Source of the DNA: a virus
Lineage: Duplodnaviria; Caudoviricetes
Length of the DNA: 63,424 bases
Virus record (IMG/VR): IMGVR_UViG_3300013093_000002
Coordinates: 1 to 63,424 of that record
Strand: one strand, 5' to 3'
A program made the position numbers and the translations under genes. The notes beneath the pieces were generated by a model. That model searched no databases and had not been told where the DNA came from. It saw nothing but the letters and a program-made list of their open reading frames with translations. Shown here piece by piece: positions 9,502-18,154 of the stretch. Position 1 is the first letter of the stretch. Every line of letters begins with the position of its first letter.

Positions 9502-10500
9502 ATGGCAGAGCAAAAAGATGGAGATATTGTATTTGAGATTCCAGAAGAATTGGAAGATAATCAAGTGCAAATCCAAGACAAAGACGAAGTCGTAAATGTT
9601 AATGTTAAGGAAAAAGCTAAAGAAGTTGATATCGAGATAGAGGATGATACGCCTCCACAAGATAGAAACCGTGAACCTTTACCTAAAGAAATTGTAGATG
9701 AGCTAGAACAAGATGACTTATCAGAATACTCTGAAAGAGTTAGAGAAAGAATGGCTCAACTTAAAAAAGGTTATCACGATGAACGTAGAATTAAAGAAGC
9801 TGCAGAACGTGAAAGAGAAGAAGCTTTACGCTTTGCTCAACAAATAGCAGCTGAGAACAAAAGACTTAAAACTACTTTAAGTTCTGGTGAAGAAACTTAT
9901 ATTAAAACTATAGCTTCTGCACTACAACAACAACTAGAAGTAGCTAAACAAGACTATCGTAATGCTTATAATGCAGGTGAAGCAGATAAGATCATTGAAG
10001 CCCAAACTAAAATGAACGATGCTCAGTTTAGATTGTCTCAGGTTGAAAATTACCAACCTAAGTTTAAAAACACTTTACACGAGGACGATCCTAGTGTATA
10101 TTCACAATCATCACAGCCTCAAGTACAAAAACCAGACCAAAGAGCCTTAAGATGGCAAGATAACAATAAATGGTTTGGATCAGATGAGGAAATGACTAGT
10201 TTAGCTTTGGGGCTGCATGAAAAACTAGTTAGGTCAGGCGTTGACCCTACATCTGATGAATATTACCGTCGTATAGATAGTACGATGCGCAAAAGATTCC
10301 CAGAATACTGGGATGACTCATCGCTGGAACAGGAAACACCTGCCCCGCGCACATCTAAACCTTCAACTGTAGTTGCTCCGGCTACGCGCTCAACCGCGCC
10401 TAAAAAAATCAAGATTACAAAAACTGCTGCTGCTTTAGCACGCAAACTTGGTATTTCGCCTGAACAATATGCTCTTGAAACTTTAAAATTGGAGAATTAA
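9502..10500 (+). CDS. Capsid scaffolding protein
   Basis: Acidic N-terminus, coiled coil, C-terminal ARKLGISPEQYA; position before the capsid genes. Confidence 0.75.
   Translation: MAEQKDGDIVFEIPEELEDNQVQIQDKDEVVNVNVKEKAKEVDIEIEDDTPPQDRNREPLPKEIVDELEQDDLSEYSERVRERMAQLKKGYHDERRIKEAAEREREEALRFAQQIAAENKRLKTTLSSGEETYIKTIASALQQQLEVAKQDYRNAYNAGEADKIIEAQTKMNDAQFRLSQVENYQPKFKNTLHEDDPSVYSQSSQPQVQKPDQRALRWQDNNKWFGSDEEMTSLALGLHEKLVRSGVDPTSDEYYRRIDSTMRKRFPEYWDDSSLEQETPAPRTSKPSTVVAPATRSTAPKKIKITKTAAALARKLGISPEQYALETLKLEN
10074..10102 (+). promoter_or_regulatory. Possible internal promoter for the capsid genes
   Basis: TTTACA-17 nt-TATATT inside the scaffold linker region. Confidence 0.3.
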
Positions 10501-10501
10501 T

Positions 10502-10951
10502 ATGGAAACAACAAGATTAGACCGTGAATTAGACACTCGTAAAGAATTTCAACGAGCAGAACAATGGCAACCTACTGCAACTTTACCAGAACCAAAGAAA
10601 CAACCTGGTTGGGAATACAGATGGATTAGAACAAGCCTACTTAATCAACAAGACTCCATAAACGTCTCCAATAGTATGCGTGAAGGTTGGGAACCTGTAA
10701 AAGCAAGTGACCATCCTGAAATGAAGTTTATACCAGACCCTAATTCAAGATTTAAAGACAGTATTGAAATTGGTGGTTTGTTATTATGTAAGATCCCAGA
10801 AGAGTTTATTGCACAACGTAGAGCTTATTATGACAACATGACTAAGTCTCAAACTCAAGCCGTTGACAATAACTTCTTAAAAGAAAATGATGCTCGTATG
10901 CCTGTATTTTCAGACAAAAAAAGTACGACTTCATTTGGTAAAGGTAAGTAA
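10502..10951 (+). CDS. Conserved head-module protein
   Basis: YRWIR...REGWEPV...GGLLLCKIP motif; GGAG RBS. Confidence 0.8.
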   Translation: METTRLDRELDTRKEFQRAEQWQPTATLPEPKKQPGWEYRWIRTSLLNQQDSINVSNSMREGWEPVKASDHPEMKFIPDPNSRFKDSIEIGGLLLCKIPEEFIAQRRAYYDNMTKSQTQAVDNNFLKENDARMPVFSDKKSTTSFGKGK

Positions 10952-10977
10952 TTTATTAATTATTAAGGAGAAATATT

Positions 10978-11574
10978 ATGGCATCAGTTGCTGCCCCATA
11001 CGGTCTCCGTCCTGTTAACTTAATCGGTGGTCAAGTATTTGCGGGTTCTACTCGTCAAATCGCGATTGCTTCAGGATATGCGACCAACATTTTTTACGGT
11101 GACATCGTAGCTGTTAACAGCTCAGGCGTTGTTGTAAAAGTAACAACATTAGGTACTGCTGCTTCCCAATTCGGAAACGGTGTTATCGGCGTATTTTTAG
11201 GTTGTACTTATACAGATCCTAACTTAAAATACAAAGTAAACAAACAATACTGGCCTACTGGTACAGTTGCATCAGATGCACAAGCATACATTTGTGATGA
11301 TCCAGACACAGTATTCCAAGCACAAGCTAACGGTTCTGTTGCTCAAACAGCTTTAGGTAACAACATTGGTGTTGTACAAACTGCTGGTTCTACAACTACT
11401 GGTGATTCAGCTATCGCTTTAGATACAACAACAATCAATACAACTAGCACTATCGGTTTACGTATTGTTGACTTTGTGAATGGTCCATTTTCATCAGTTG
11501 GTGATGCATACACTGATGTCCTCGTTAAATTTAATTTCGGACAGCATTCATATTACAATGCTACCGGTGTATAA
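10978..11574 (+). CDS. Minor capsid / decoration protein
   Basis: PYGLRP...IFYGD...GVFLGC..DDPD pattern, highly biased codon use, directly before the major capsid gene. Confidence 0.7.
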   Translation: MASVAAPYGLRPVNLIGGQVFAGSTRQIAIASGYATNIFYGDIVAVNSSGVVVKVTTLGTAASQFGNGVIGVFLGCTYTDPNLKYKVNKQYWPTGTVASDAQAYICDDPDTVFQAQANGSVAQTALGNNIGVVQTAGSTTTGDSAIALDTTTINTTSTIGLRIVDFVNGPFSSVGDAYTDVLVKFNFGQHSYYNATGV

Positions 11575-11586
11575 GGAGAATAACAC

Positions 11587-12498
11587 ATGGCTATTTCACG
11601 CGCTCAACTATTAAAAGAATTGCTCCCAGGACTTAACGCGCTATTCGGTCTCGAATATAAACGTTACGGCGAAGAGCACAAAGAAATCTACGAAACTGAA
11701 GCTTCAGAACGTAGCTTTGAAGAAGAAACAAAACTATCAGGTTTCTCAGCAGCACCTGTTAAAAACGAAGGCAATGCTATCGCTTATGACAATGCTCAAG
11801 AAGCTTGGACAGCTCGCTATGTTCACAACACAATCGCTTTAGGCTTCAGCTTAACTGAAGAAGCTATCGAAGATAACTTGTATGACACTTTATCTGCACG
11901 ATACACTAAAGCTCTTGCTCGTGGTATGGCATATTCAAAACAAGTATTTGCAGCTAACGTATTAAACAACGGCTTCAACACTGGCGGTAATTATAACGGT
12001 GGTGATGGTGTTTCATTATTTAATACTGCTCACCCACTTGTTTCTGGCGGTACAAACAGCAACACATCATCAACTTCAGCAGACTTAAATGAAACTTCAC
12101 TTGAGTCAGCAGTTATTCAAATCGCTGCATGGACTGATGAACGTGGTCTTTTGATCGCTGCTAAACCTCGTAAATTAGTTGTTCCACCTAACTTAATGTT
12201 CGTTGCAACTCGCTTGCTCGAAACAGAGTTAAGAGTTGGTACAGCTGATAACGATATCAATGCTATCAAGAATAATGGTTCAATCCCAGAAGGTTACACA
12301 GTTAACCACTTCTTGACAAACAACTTAGCATGGTTCTTAACAACAGATGTGCCTAATGGTCTCAAACACTTTGTTCGTACACCATTAACAACATCTATGG
12401 ATGGCGACTTCGACACAGGTAACGTACGTTACAAAGCTCGTGAACGTTATTCATTCGGTTGGTCAGATCCTCTCGGTATCTACGGTTCACAAGGATAA
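11587..12498 (+). CDS. Major capsid protein (Mu gpT-like family)
   Basis: MAISRAQLLKELLPGLNALFG...GGDGVSLF...HPL...KLVVPP...DFDTGNVRYKARERY; strong RBS; followed by a terminator. Confidence 0.95.
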   Translation: MAISRAQLLKELLPGLNALFGLEYKRYGEEHKEIYETEASERSFEEETKLSGFSAAPVKNEGNAIAYDNAQEAWTARYVHNTIALGFSLTEEAIEDNLYDTLSARYTKALARGMAYSKQVFAANVLNNGFNTGGNYNGGDGVSLFNTAHPLVSGGTNSNTSSTSADLNETSLESAVIQIAAWTDERGLLIAAKPRKLVVPPNLMFVATRLLETELRVGTADNDINAIKNNGSIPEGYTVNHFLTNNLAWFLTTDVPNGLKHFVRTPLTTSMDGDFDTGNVRYKARERYSFGWSDPLGIYGSQG

Positions 12499-12513
12499 TA
12501 TCCTTGTTCTTGG

Positions 12514-12542
12514 AAAACCCAGTTTCGGCTGGGTTTTTCTTT
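12514..12542 (+). terminator. Rho-independent terminator after the capsid gene
   Basis: AAAACCCAGT-TTCG-GCTGGGTTTT followed by a T-rich tail. Confidence 0.9.
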
Positions 12543-12587
12543 ATCTAAACTTAATGATTTTCTCTATCTTATATGTATATAAATGGG

Positions 12588-12649
12588 TATAATATAAACA
12601 TATACACAATAACGTGTATACAAAATAGCAAAATATAAACATATAGGAG
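12588..12649 (+). promoter_or_regulatory. Putative pqqA -10 box and RBS
   Basis: TATAAT at 12588-12593 (no clear -35); AGGAG at 12645-12649, 6 nt before the ATG. Confidence 0.5.
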
Positions 12650-12655
12650 AATATT

Positions 12656-12727
12656 ATGTGGACAACCCCATCAGCAACTGAAATGAGATTTGGTTTTGAA
12701 GTAACTATGTACGTAATGAATAAGTAG
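12656..12727 (+). CDS. pqqA: Pyrroloquinoline quinone precursor peptide PqqA (23 aa, absent from the ORF track)
   Basis: Translates to MWTTPSATEMRFGFEVTMYVMNK: WxxP leader, RFGFE, and the E-x3-Y core (EVTMY) that defines PqqA. Confidence 0.97.
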   Translation: MWTTPSATEMRFGFEVTMYVMNK

Positions 12728-12745
12728 TTAATACGTGCATTTATT

Positions 12746-12768
12746 AGGGGGCCTAGCGCCCCCTTTTT
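12746..12768 (+). terminator. Rho-independent terminator after pqqA
   Basis: AGGGGGC-CTAGC-GCCCCCT followed by TTTT. Confidence 0.88.
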
Positions 12769-12787
12769 ATTATATAATTATCTTATT

Positions 12788-12857
12788 CCGGGAATTCACC
12801 GGTTTATTAGACTGTCCCGGCAGACGCATATAAGACTAATAAGCTTAACTTTATATG
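12788..12857 (+). ncRNA. Candidate pseudoknotted RNA (possibly the Mu-gpT-DE motif)
   Basis: Three interleaved helices: 12788-93 with 12815-20, 12801-10 with 12836-45, 12827-34 with 12850-57. Located downstream of a gpT-like capsid gene. Confidence 0.55.
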
Positions 12858-12870
12858 AAGGAAAATTATC

Positions 12871-13350
12871 ATGGCAAGAACCGTATTCACCGGCCCATTA
12901 AAAGCTGGTACAAATCGTTATCCACAATACCAAAACGTAGGTACTGCAACATTATTTCAAGATGTAGTACTTAATGTAACTTCAGGTTTAACAAGCTCAC
13001 AAACACTATACATTCCAGCAGGTTGTCAAATCTTAGAAATTATCGTTGATACTACAGTTGCATATAATGCAGGTACATCAACAACAGTTACAATAGGTAA
13101 TCTATCAACTGCAGCTCAATATGCAGGTGGCGTATCAGCACAAACTACTGGTCGTGTTTACCCAACATTTACTGCAGCTCAATTAGCTAACTTACAATCT
13201 ACAACATCAGATGTATATGGCCCAACAAATATTGCTAGCTCAGCTATTGTATGTACAGCTACTTCAGTTGGTACACAACCTACAACAGGTCAAGTATACG
13301 TATCAATCTTATACTTACAAAACGATACTAACGCAGTTACATCTAACTAA
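12871..13350 (+). CDS. Putative virion structural protein
   Basis: MARTVFTGPLKAG start, T/S/A-rich beta-type sequence, AAGGA RBS. Confidence 0.7.
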   Translation: MARTVFTGPLKAGTNRYPQYQNVGTATLFQDVVLNVTSGLTSSQTLYIPAGCQILEIIVDTTVAYNAGTSTTVTIGNLSTAAQYAGGVSAQTTGRVYPTFTAAQLANLQSTTSDVYGPTNIASSAIVCTATSVGTQPTTGQVYVSILYLQNDTNAVTSN

Positions 13351-13357
13351 TTAGTCT

Positions 13358-13380
13358 AGGGGACTTCGGTCCCCTTTCTT
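13358..13380 (+). terminator. Rho-independent terminator
   Basis: AGGGGAC-TTCG-GTCCCCT followed by TTCTT. Confidence 0.85.
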
Positions 13381-13399
13381 AAACACAAGGAGATTAATT

Positions 13400-13909
13400 A
13401 TGACAATGCAATATGATGTAAAAAGCTCGCATGCTTCAGGCTCAGGCCAAATGGTATTAGGTAGAGCACGTTTAAAAAACTTAATTTATTTAGGTACAGG
13501 CACTGCAGGTAGTATTGATTTATATGATACTACGACTGCTCCTGTAACAACATCTACATATGCTAGATCAGGTAATACAGTTACAGTAACTTCTACAGCT
13601 CATGGCTTAACTACAGGTCAAGTTATTGGTATTACTTATGGTGTAGCTTCAGGTAATTCTGCAGTTGCAGGTAATTATCCAGTTACAGTTACAGGCGCTA
13701 ATACATTTACTATTACAGATATTGGTTCAGGTACTATTGCAGGCGGAACTGCATGTGCTTATACAACAGGTAAATGGTTAACAAGCTATAATACAGGTAC
13801 AAACGTAACCCCTTTCCAAGTTATTTTTGCAGGTGAAGGTGTATTAGCTTTAAACGGTATCTGGGTAGTAGTATCTAATATTAACTATCAAACAATTCAG
13901 TACGGTTAG
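13400..13909 (+). CDS. Putative virion protein with an inserted beta-rich domain
   Basis: MQYDVK start; VTVTSTAHGLTTGQ...YPVTVTGANTFTIT insert, which resembles a segment of the 28237 protein. Confidence 0.7.
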   Translation: MTMQYDVKSSHASGSGQMVLGRARLKNLIYLGTGTAGSIDLYDTTTAPVTTSTYARSGNTVTVTSTAHGLTTGQVIGITYGVASGNSAVAGNYPVTVTGANTFTITDIGSGTIAGGTACAYTTGKWLTSYNTGTNVTPFQVIFAGEGVLALNGIWVVVSNINYQTIQYG

Positions 13910-13917
13910 GAATAAAA

Positions 13918-14109
13918 ATGCTACATAATATGGATCAACATACAAAAACAGCAGTAGATATAGCGTCAACAGTAACCGTTTTAGGAACAGTCATGAACCT
14001 TTTACCAGCAATTGCAGCTTTATGGACTATTATATGGACTACAATTCGTATTTATGAGACAAAAACAGTGCAAGATTTGTTAAAAAAATTAAAAAAACAT
14101 GGCAACTAA
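13918..14109 (+). CDS. Small membrane protein (holin-like?)
   Basis: Hydrophobic segment LPAIAALWTIIWTTIRIYET with a basic tail. Confidence 0.6.
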   Translation: MLHNMDQHTKTAVDIASTVTVLGTVMNLLPAIAALWTIIWTTIRIYETKTVQDLLKKLKKHGN

Positions 14110-14368
14110 GAGTAAAAAAGCTGGAGTTTCATTAGCTGTAGGTCGTGGTGAGAAATTACCAGTATCAAAAGGTGCTGGACTTACTGCAAAAGGTCGTGCA
14201 AAGTATAATAAAGCGACTGGATCACACTTAAAAGCTCCTCAACCACAAGGTGGACCGCGTAAAAAGTCATTTTGTGCAAGAATGAGTGGTATGCCAGGCC
14301 CTATGAAAGATGAAAAAGGCCGTCCTACTCGAAAAGCTGCATCACTAAAACGTTGGAACTGTAAATAA
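14099..14368 (+). CDS. Small basic phage protein (DUF6321-like)
   Basis: GLTAKGRAKYN...LKAP...RKKSFCARMSG...RWNC. Confidence 0.7.
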   Translation: MATKSKKAGVSLAVGRGEKLPVSKGAGLTAKGRAKYNKATGSHLKAPQPQGGPRKKSFCARMSGMPGPMKDEKGRPTRKAASLKRWNCK

Positions 14369-14377
14369 AGGGTAAAT

Positions 14378-15010
14378 ATGCCAAGTGTATCTAAAAAACA
14401 ACATAATTTTATGGCTGCAATAGCTAAAAACCCTGGGTTTGCTAAAAAAGTTGGTATTAAACAGAGCGTTGGTGAGGAATTTCTCCAAGCTGACAAAGGT
14501 AAACATTTTAAAGAAGGTGGATATATGAAAAAAATTAAACTTAAAGAAACAATGGGTCCTAGAACTATGTCAGAAGACATAGAAAAAGGTTCTAATAAAC
14601 TACGTAAATTTGGCGAAGCTAAAGTACAAAAAAGAGAAGCAACAAAAGGTAGAAATCTTGGTGATACAGGTGCTACAGTTGCTGATATGCGTGGCGGTAT
14701 GAAAAAAGGCGGTAAAGTTAAAAAATATGCTGCAGGTGGTTCAATTGAAAAAACTAAAGCTGGTAAATCAACACCATCATATAAAGAAATGGGTTCAATG
14801 AATATGAAAAAAGGTGGCGAAGTAGAAACTAAATCAGAAGCTATGAAAGAAGAAAAAGAAATTAAGTCTATTAAAAAAGAACTTAAACATCACGAACACA
14901 TGAAAGCTGGTAAAGCACATCATGGTTTAAAACACGGTGGCAAAGTTAAGAAATATGCACGTGGTGGTGGCATTGAATCTAAAGGTAAAACTAAAGGACG
15001 TTTCTGCTAA
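14378..15010 (+). CDS. Lys-rich protein with repeated (M/Y/F/L)xxGG motifs
   Basis: FKEGG, MKKGG twice, YAAGG, LKHGG, YARGG; ends in GIESKGKTKGRFC. Confidence 0.75.
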   Translation: MPSVSKKQHNFMAAIAKNPGFAKKVGIKQSVGEEFLQADKGKHFKEGGYMKKIKLKETMGPRTMSEDIEKGSNKLRKFGEAKVQKREATKGRNLGDTGATVADMRGGMKKGGKVKKYAAGGSIEKTKAGKSTPSYKEMGSMNMKKGGEVETKSEAMKEEKEIKSIKKELKHHEHMKAGKAHHGLKHGGKVKKYARGGGIESKGKTKGRFC

Positions 15011-15012
15011 TC

Positions 15013-15318
15013 ATGGAAGCAATTAAAAAACTTACGGCTAAAATGGTAGAGGAAGCAGTTAAAAAAAGAAATCAACCAATGGGTAAACCTCCTAAAGGTG
15101 GAATGCCTTTTGAAGATGATATGGGTCCTTTGCCTGTTAAAACTGCTCCAGCTCCAACACCTAATCCAGCACCAGCTCCTGCAGTTGCTCCTGCTATGAA
15201 AAAAGGTGGTAAAGTAAAAGCTAAAGCTAAACCTAAAGCTAAAAAAATGGCTTCAGGCGGTAAAGTACGTGGCTGTGGCTGTGAATCAAAAGGTAAAACA
15301 AAAGGTAGATTTATTTAA
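15013..15318 (+). CDS. Lys/Pro-rich small protein with xxGG motifs
   Basis: PAPA linker, MKKGG, MASGG; ends in GCESKGKTKGRFI. Confidence 0.75.
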   Translation: MEAIKKLTAKMVEEAVKKRNQPMGKPPKGGMPFEDDMGPLPVKTAPAPTPNPAPAPAVAPAMKKGGKVKAKAKPKAKKMASGGKVRGCGCESKGKTKGRFI

Positions 15319-15328
15319 GGAGAAGTAT

Positions 15329-15526
15329 ATGAAAGAAATGGAACATAAAGAACCAAATATGGTACATGAACATAAACATCACGTTCACCACATGGAAAAA
15401 CATGAAGTGGATGGTCACGTACATCATCATAAACATTATTCTAAACATGCAGCTGGCCATATGGTACATCATGAACACGTTAAAAAAATGTGTGGTGGCG
15501 GTTACATGGGTAAGAAAGGTAAATAA
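15329..15526 (+). CDS. Histidine-rich small protein (65 aa, 18 His)
   Basis: AAGGAG RBS before ATG 15329; MKEMEHKEPNMVHEHKHHVHH...MCGGGYMGKKGK. Confidence 0.75.
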   Translation: MKEMEHKEPNMVHEHKHHVHHMEKHEVDGHVHHHKHYSKHAAGHMVHHEHVKKMCGGGYMGKKGK

Positions 15527-15528
15527 TC

Positions 15529-15921
15529 ATGGCAAACGGTGGACAAGGCGGAATACCGTCAACATCGCAACAACCTGTACAAAATACAGCTAATTTAAGA
15601 TCACAATCAGATTTGCGTAACCAGATGTTGGGTTTACCTTTATCTCAACAACCTATGCAACATCCAGGCATGATGCAACATCCAGGTATTCCAGGTCAAC
15701 CTCAAGCAGGTAAAGGTCCAGGTCAACCACAAGTAATGCCAACGCAACAACCAGGTATACCAGGTCAATATCCAACAGCATTTGTACCTTCTGTTAATCC
15801 TATGGTAAATCCTACAAACCCAGGAATACCTTTAGCTCCAACAGGTTTAGGTCAATTACCTCCACAAGGTTTAGCTTCATTACCACCGGCAGCGGGAACA
15901 TATCCTAGTAGAACTGTATAA
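15529..15921 (+). CDS. Pro/Gln/Gly-rich low-complexity protein
   Basis: QHPG and PGQP repeats; tight operon spacing. Confidence 0.7.
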   Translation: MANGGQGGIPSTSQQPVQNTANLRSQSDLRNQMLGLPLSQQPMQHPGMMQHPGIPGQPQAGKGPGQPQVMPTQQPGIPGQYPTAFVPSVNPMVNPTNPGIPLAPTGLGQLPPQGLASLPPAAGTYPSRTV

Positions 15922-16202
15922 TGAGACCAAGTCGTGGCATGGGAATTATGAATGAGAAAAAGATTCCTGGTAGGAAGCCTAAGGTAATAACACGTAAAGA
16001 CGATCCTAATAAGGTTGATGTATATACAGAAGGTGGCAAGGTTAACGCTGCTGGTAACTACACAAAACCTACTTTACGTAAAAAAATTGTGGCAGAAGTA
16101 AAAGCCGCGGCAGTACAAGGTACAGGTGCTGGTCAATGGTCAGCTCGTAAAGCACAATTAGTTGCTAAGAAATATAAAGCTGCAGGTGGCGGATATAAAT
16201 GA
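15921..16202 (+). CDS. Small basic phage protein
   Basis: MRPSRGMG...GNYTKP...GQWSARKAQL...YKAAGGGYK. Confidence 0.75.
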   Translation: MRPSRGMGIMNEKKIPGRKPKVITRKDDPNKVDVYTEGGKVNAAGNYTKPTLRKKIVAEVKAAAVQGTGAGQWSARKAQLVAKKYKAAGGGYK

Positions 16203-16450
16203 GTGCTTTAGCTAAGTCACAACGCTCTTTAAAAGCATGGGGTGACCAAAAGTGGAGAACTAAGTCAGGTAAAAAGTCTAGTGAAACAGGCGAAAGATAC
16301 TTACCAGAAAAAGCAATCAAAGCTTTAAGTCCTCAAGAATATGCTGCAACAACAAAAGCAAAACGTGCAGGTAAAGCTAAAGGTAAACAGTTTGTAGCTC
16401 AACCAAAAAGTATTAAACAAAAAGTAAAACCTTATAGAAAGGTATCATAA
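16199..16450 (+). CDS. Small basic phage protein (DUF5872-like)
   Basis: QRSLKAW..QKWRTKSGK.S..TGERYLP. Confidence 0.7.
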   Translation: MSALAKSQRSLKAWGDQKWRTKSGKKSSETGERYLPEKAIKALSPQEYAATTKAKRAGKAKGKQFVAQPKSIKQKVKPYRKVS

Positions 16451-16451
16451 C

Positions 16452-16631
16452 ATGGCAGAAAAGTGGATTCAAAAAGCAATTAAAAAACCAGGTGCATTAA
16501 AGTCAGAACTTGGTGTTAAAAAAGGTGAAAAGATTCCTGCTAAGAAGTTAGCAGCAGCTGCAAAGAAACCAGGTAAACTTGGTCAACGTGCACGTCTAGC
16601 TGAAACTTTAAAAGGACTTAAGAAAAAATAA
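16452..16631 (+). CDS. Small basic protein (59 aa, absent from the ORF track)
   Basis: MAEKWIQKAIKKPGALKSELGVKKGEKIPAKKL...GQRARLAETLKGLKKK; fills the gap exactly, with a TAATG overlap into the next gene. Confidence 0.85.
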   Translation: MAEKWIQKAIKKPGALKSELGVKKGEKIPAKKLAAAAKKPGKLGQRARLAETLKGLKKK

Positions 16632-17566
16632 TGTCAGTAGCTAATCCATCACCAAGTGGTACCTCGTCATTTAATCCTGACGTAAATTATATTGTAGAAG
16701 ACGCATTTGAACGATGCGGACATGAATTACGTACAGGTTATGATTTAAGAACTGCAAGACGTAGTTTAAACTTACTTACTATTGAGTGGGCAAATCGTGG
16801 TATTAATCTTTGGACAATTGAAGAAGGTTATATTCCGTTAGTACCAGGTCAAATACAATATCCATTACCTACTGATACGATTGATTTACTTGATATGGTG
16901 ACACGTACAGGCACAGGACAAAATCAACAAGATATTAATATTAACCGTATTAGTGAATCAACATACTCAACAATACCTAATAAAAATGCTAATGGACGTC
17001 CTATTCAAGTTTGGATTCAAAGACTTTCTGGATTAACTTATCCTACAACAGCTACATTAAGTACAACAATTGGTGCTACAGATACATTAATTACAGTGTC
17101 GAATGCATCAAACTTAGCTTATGGTGGTTATATTCAGTTAGATTCTGAAATCATAAATTACCAAGGTATTATTGGAAACCAGTTACAAAACTGTGTTAGA
17201 GGTCAAGCTAATACAATAGCTGCTGGTCATACAGCGGGCGCTGCAGTTTCTGTACCACAATTACCTAATATATCTGTATGGCCAACTCCAGACGCAGCTA
17301 CAACATATACATTTGTATATTGGAGATTAAGACGTATTAATGACGCAGGTCAAGGTTATGATACACAAGATGTACCATTTAGATTTATACCAGCTATGGT
17401 TGCAGGATTAGCTTCATATTTAAGTATTAAGTTACCTAATGTAGATCCTTTAAGAATACAATATTTAAAACAAGAATATGAACAAGCATTCCAATTAGCA
17501 GCAGACGAGGATAGAGAAAAGGCAAGTGTTAGATTTGTGCCTCGTGAAATGTTTTATCACGGATAA
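16631..17566 (+). CDS. Putative head-tail adaptor / tail tubular A-like protein
   Basis: ARRSLNLL..EWANRGINLW...GRP...WPTPD...P.RF.PAM..GLA pattern and position. Confidence 0.65.
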   Translation: MSVANPSPSGTSSFNPDVNYIVEDAFERCGHELRTGYDLRTARRSLNLLTIEWANRGINLWTIEEGYIPLVPGQIQYPLPTDTIDLLDMVTRTGTGQNQQDININRISESTYSTIPNKNANGRPIQVWIQRLSGLTYPTTATLSTTIGATDTLITVSNASNLAYGGYIQLDSEIINYQGIIGNQLQNCVRGQANTIAAGHTAGAAVSVPQLPNISVWPTPDAATTYTFVYWRLRRINDAGQGYDTQDVPFRFIPAMVAGLASYLSIKLPNVDPLRIQYLKQEYEQAFQLAADEDREKASVRFVPREMFYHG

Positions 17567-17570
17567 TTAA

Positions 17571-17948
17571 ATGCCAACCAAGTATTCTAGTGGTAAGTTT
17601 GCAATTGCCCAGTGTGATCGTTGTGGCTTTAGATATAAGCTAAAACAACTAAAGCAGTTGGTAATTAAGACAAAAAATGTTAATATACTGGTATGTCCAG
17701 AATGCTGGGAACCAGATCAACCGCAGTTAAGTTTAGGTTTATACCCAGTTAACGATGCGCAAGCAGTAAGAAATCCACGTCCTGATTTAGGTTATTATGC
17801 ATCAGGTACAGGCGGTGATGGTGGTAGTAGAGTTATAGAATATGGATGGAACCCTGTTGGTGGAGCAAGAGCTAATGATTCAGGCTTAACTCCTAATAAT
17901 TTAGTTTCAATAGGTAACGTTGGATCAGTAACAGTATCATATACATAG
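17571..17948 (+). CDS. Conserved CxxC protein
   Basis: CDRCGF...VCPECWEPDQPQL...DAQAVRNPRPD. Confidence 0.75.
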   Translation: MPTKYSSGKFAIAQCDRCGFRYKLKQLKQLVIKTKNVNILVCPECWEPDQPQLSLGLYPVNDAQAVRNPRPDLGYYASGTGGDGGSRVIEYGWNPVGGARANDSGLTPNNLVSIGNVGSVTVSYT

Positions 17949-17958
17949 GAGAAGTAAA

Positions 17959-18153
17959 ATGGGATTTAAATCAGGTGCTCAAGGCATTAATCAAAAAGGT
18001 AAAACTAAAGGTACTAACTTAGGCGATGACGGCGCTAAATTAGGTATCGAAGGTGGTAAAGGTTCTAAAGGTGCTACAACAGTTAAGTCTATCGACATGA
18101 AAAAGTATGGACGTAATGTAGCTCGTGCAATGAATCAAAAGAAAGGTAAATAA
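17959..18153 (+). CDS. Small basic protein
   Basis: AGGAG RBS; GINQKGKTKG motif shared with the 14378 and 15013 proteins. Confidence 0.7.
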   Translation: MGFKSGAQGINQKGKTKGTNLGDDGAKLGIEGGKGSKGATTVKSIDMKKYGRNVARAMNQKKGK

Positions 18154-18154
18154 T

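Noticed and set aside
14378-16202. xxGG motifs as double-glycine bacteriocin/RiPP leaders linked to pqqA
   Set aside because: There is no C39 peptidase, ABC exporter or modifying enzyme nearby, and the motif also occurs in large ejection proteins; a virion-related signal is more plausible.
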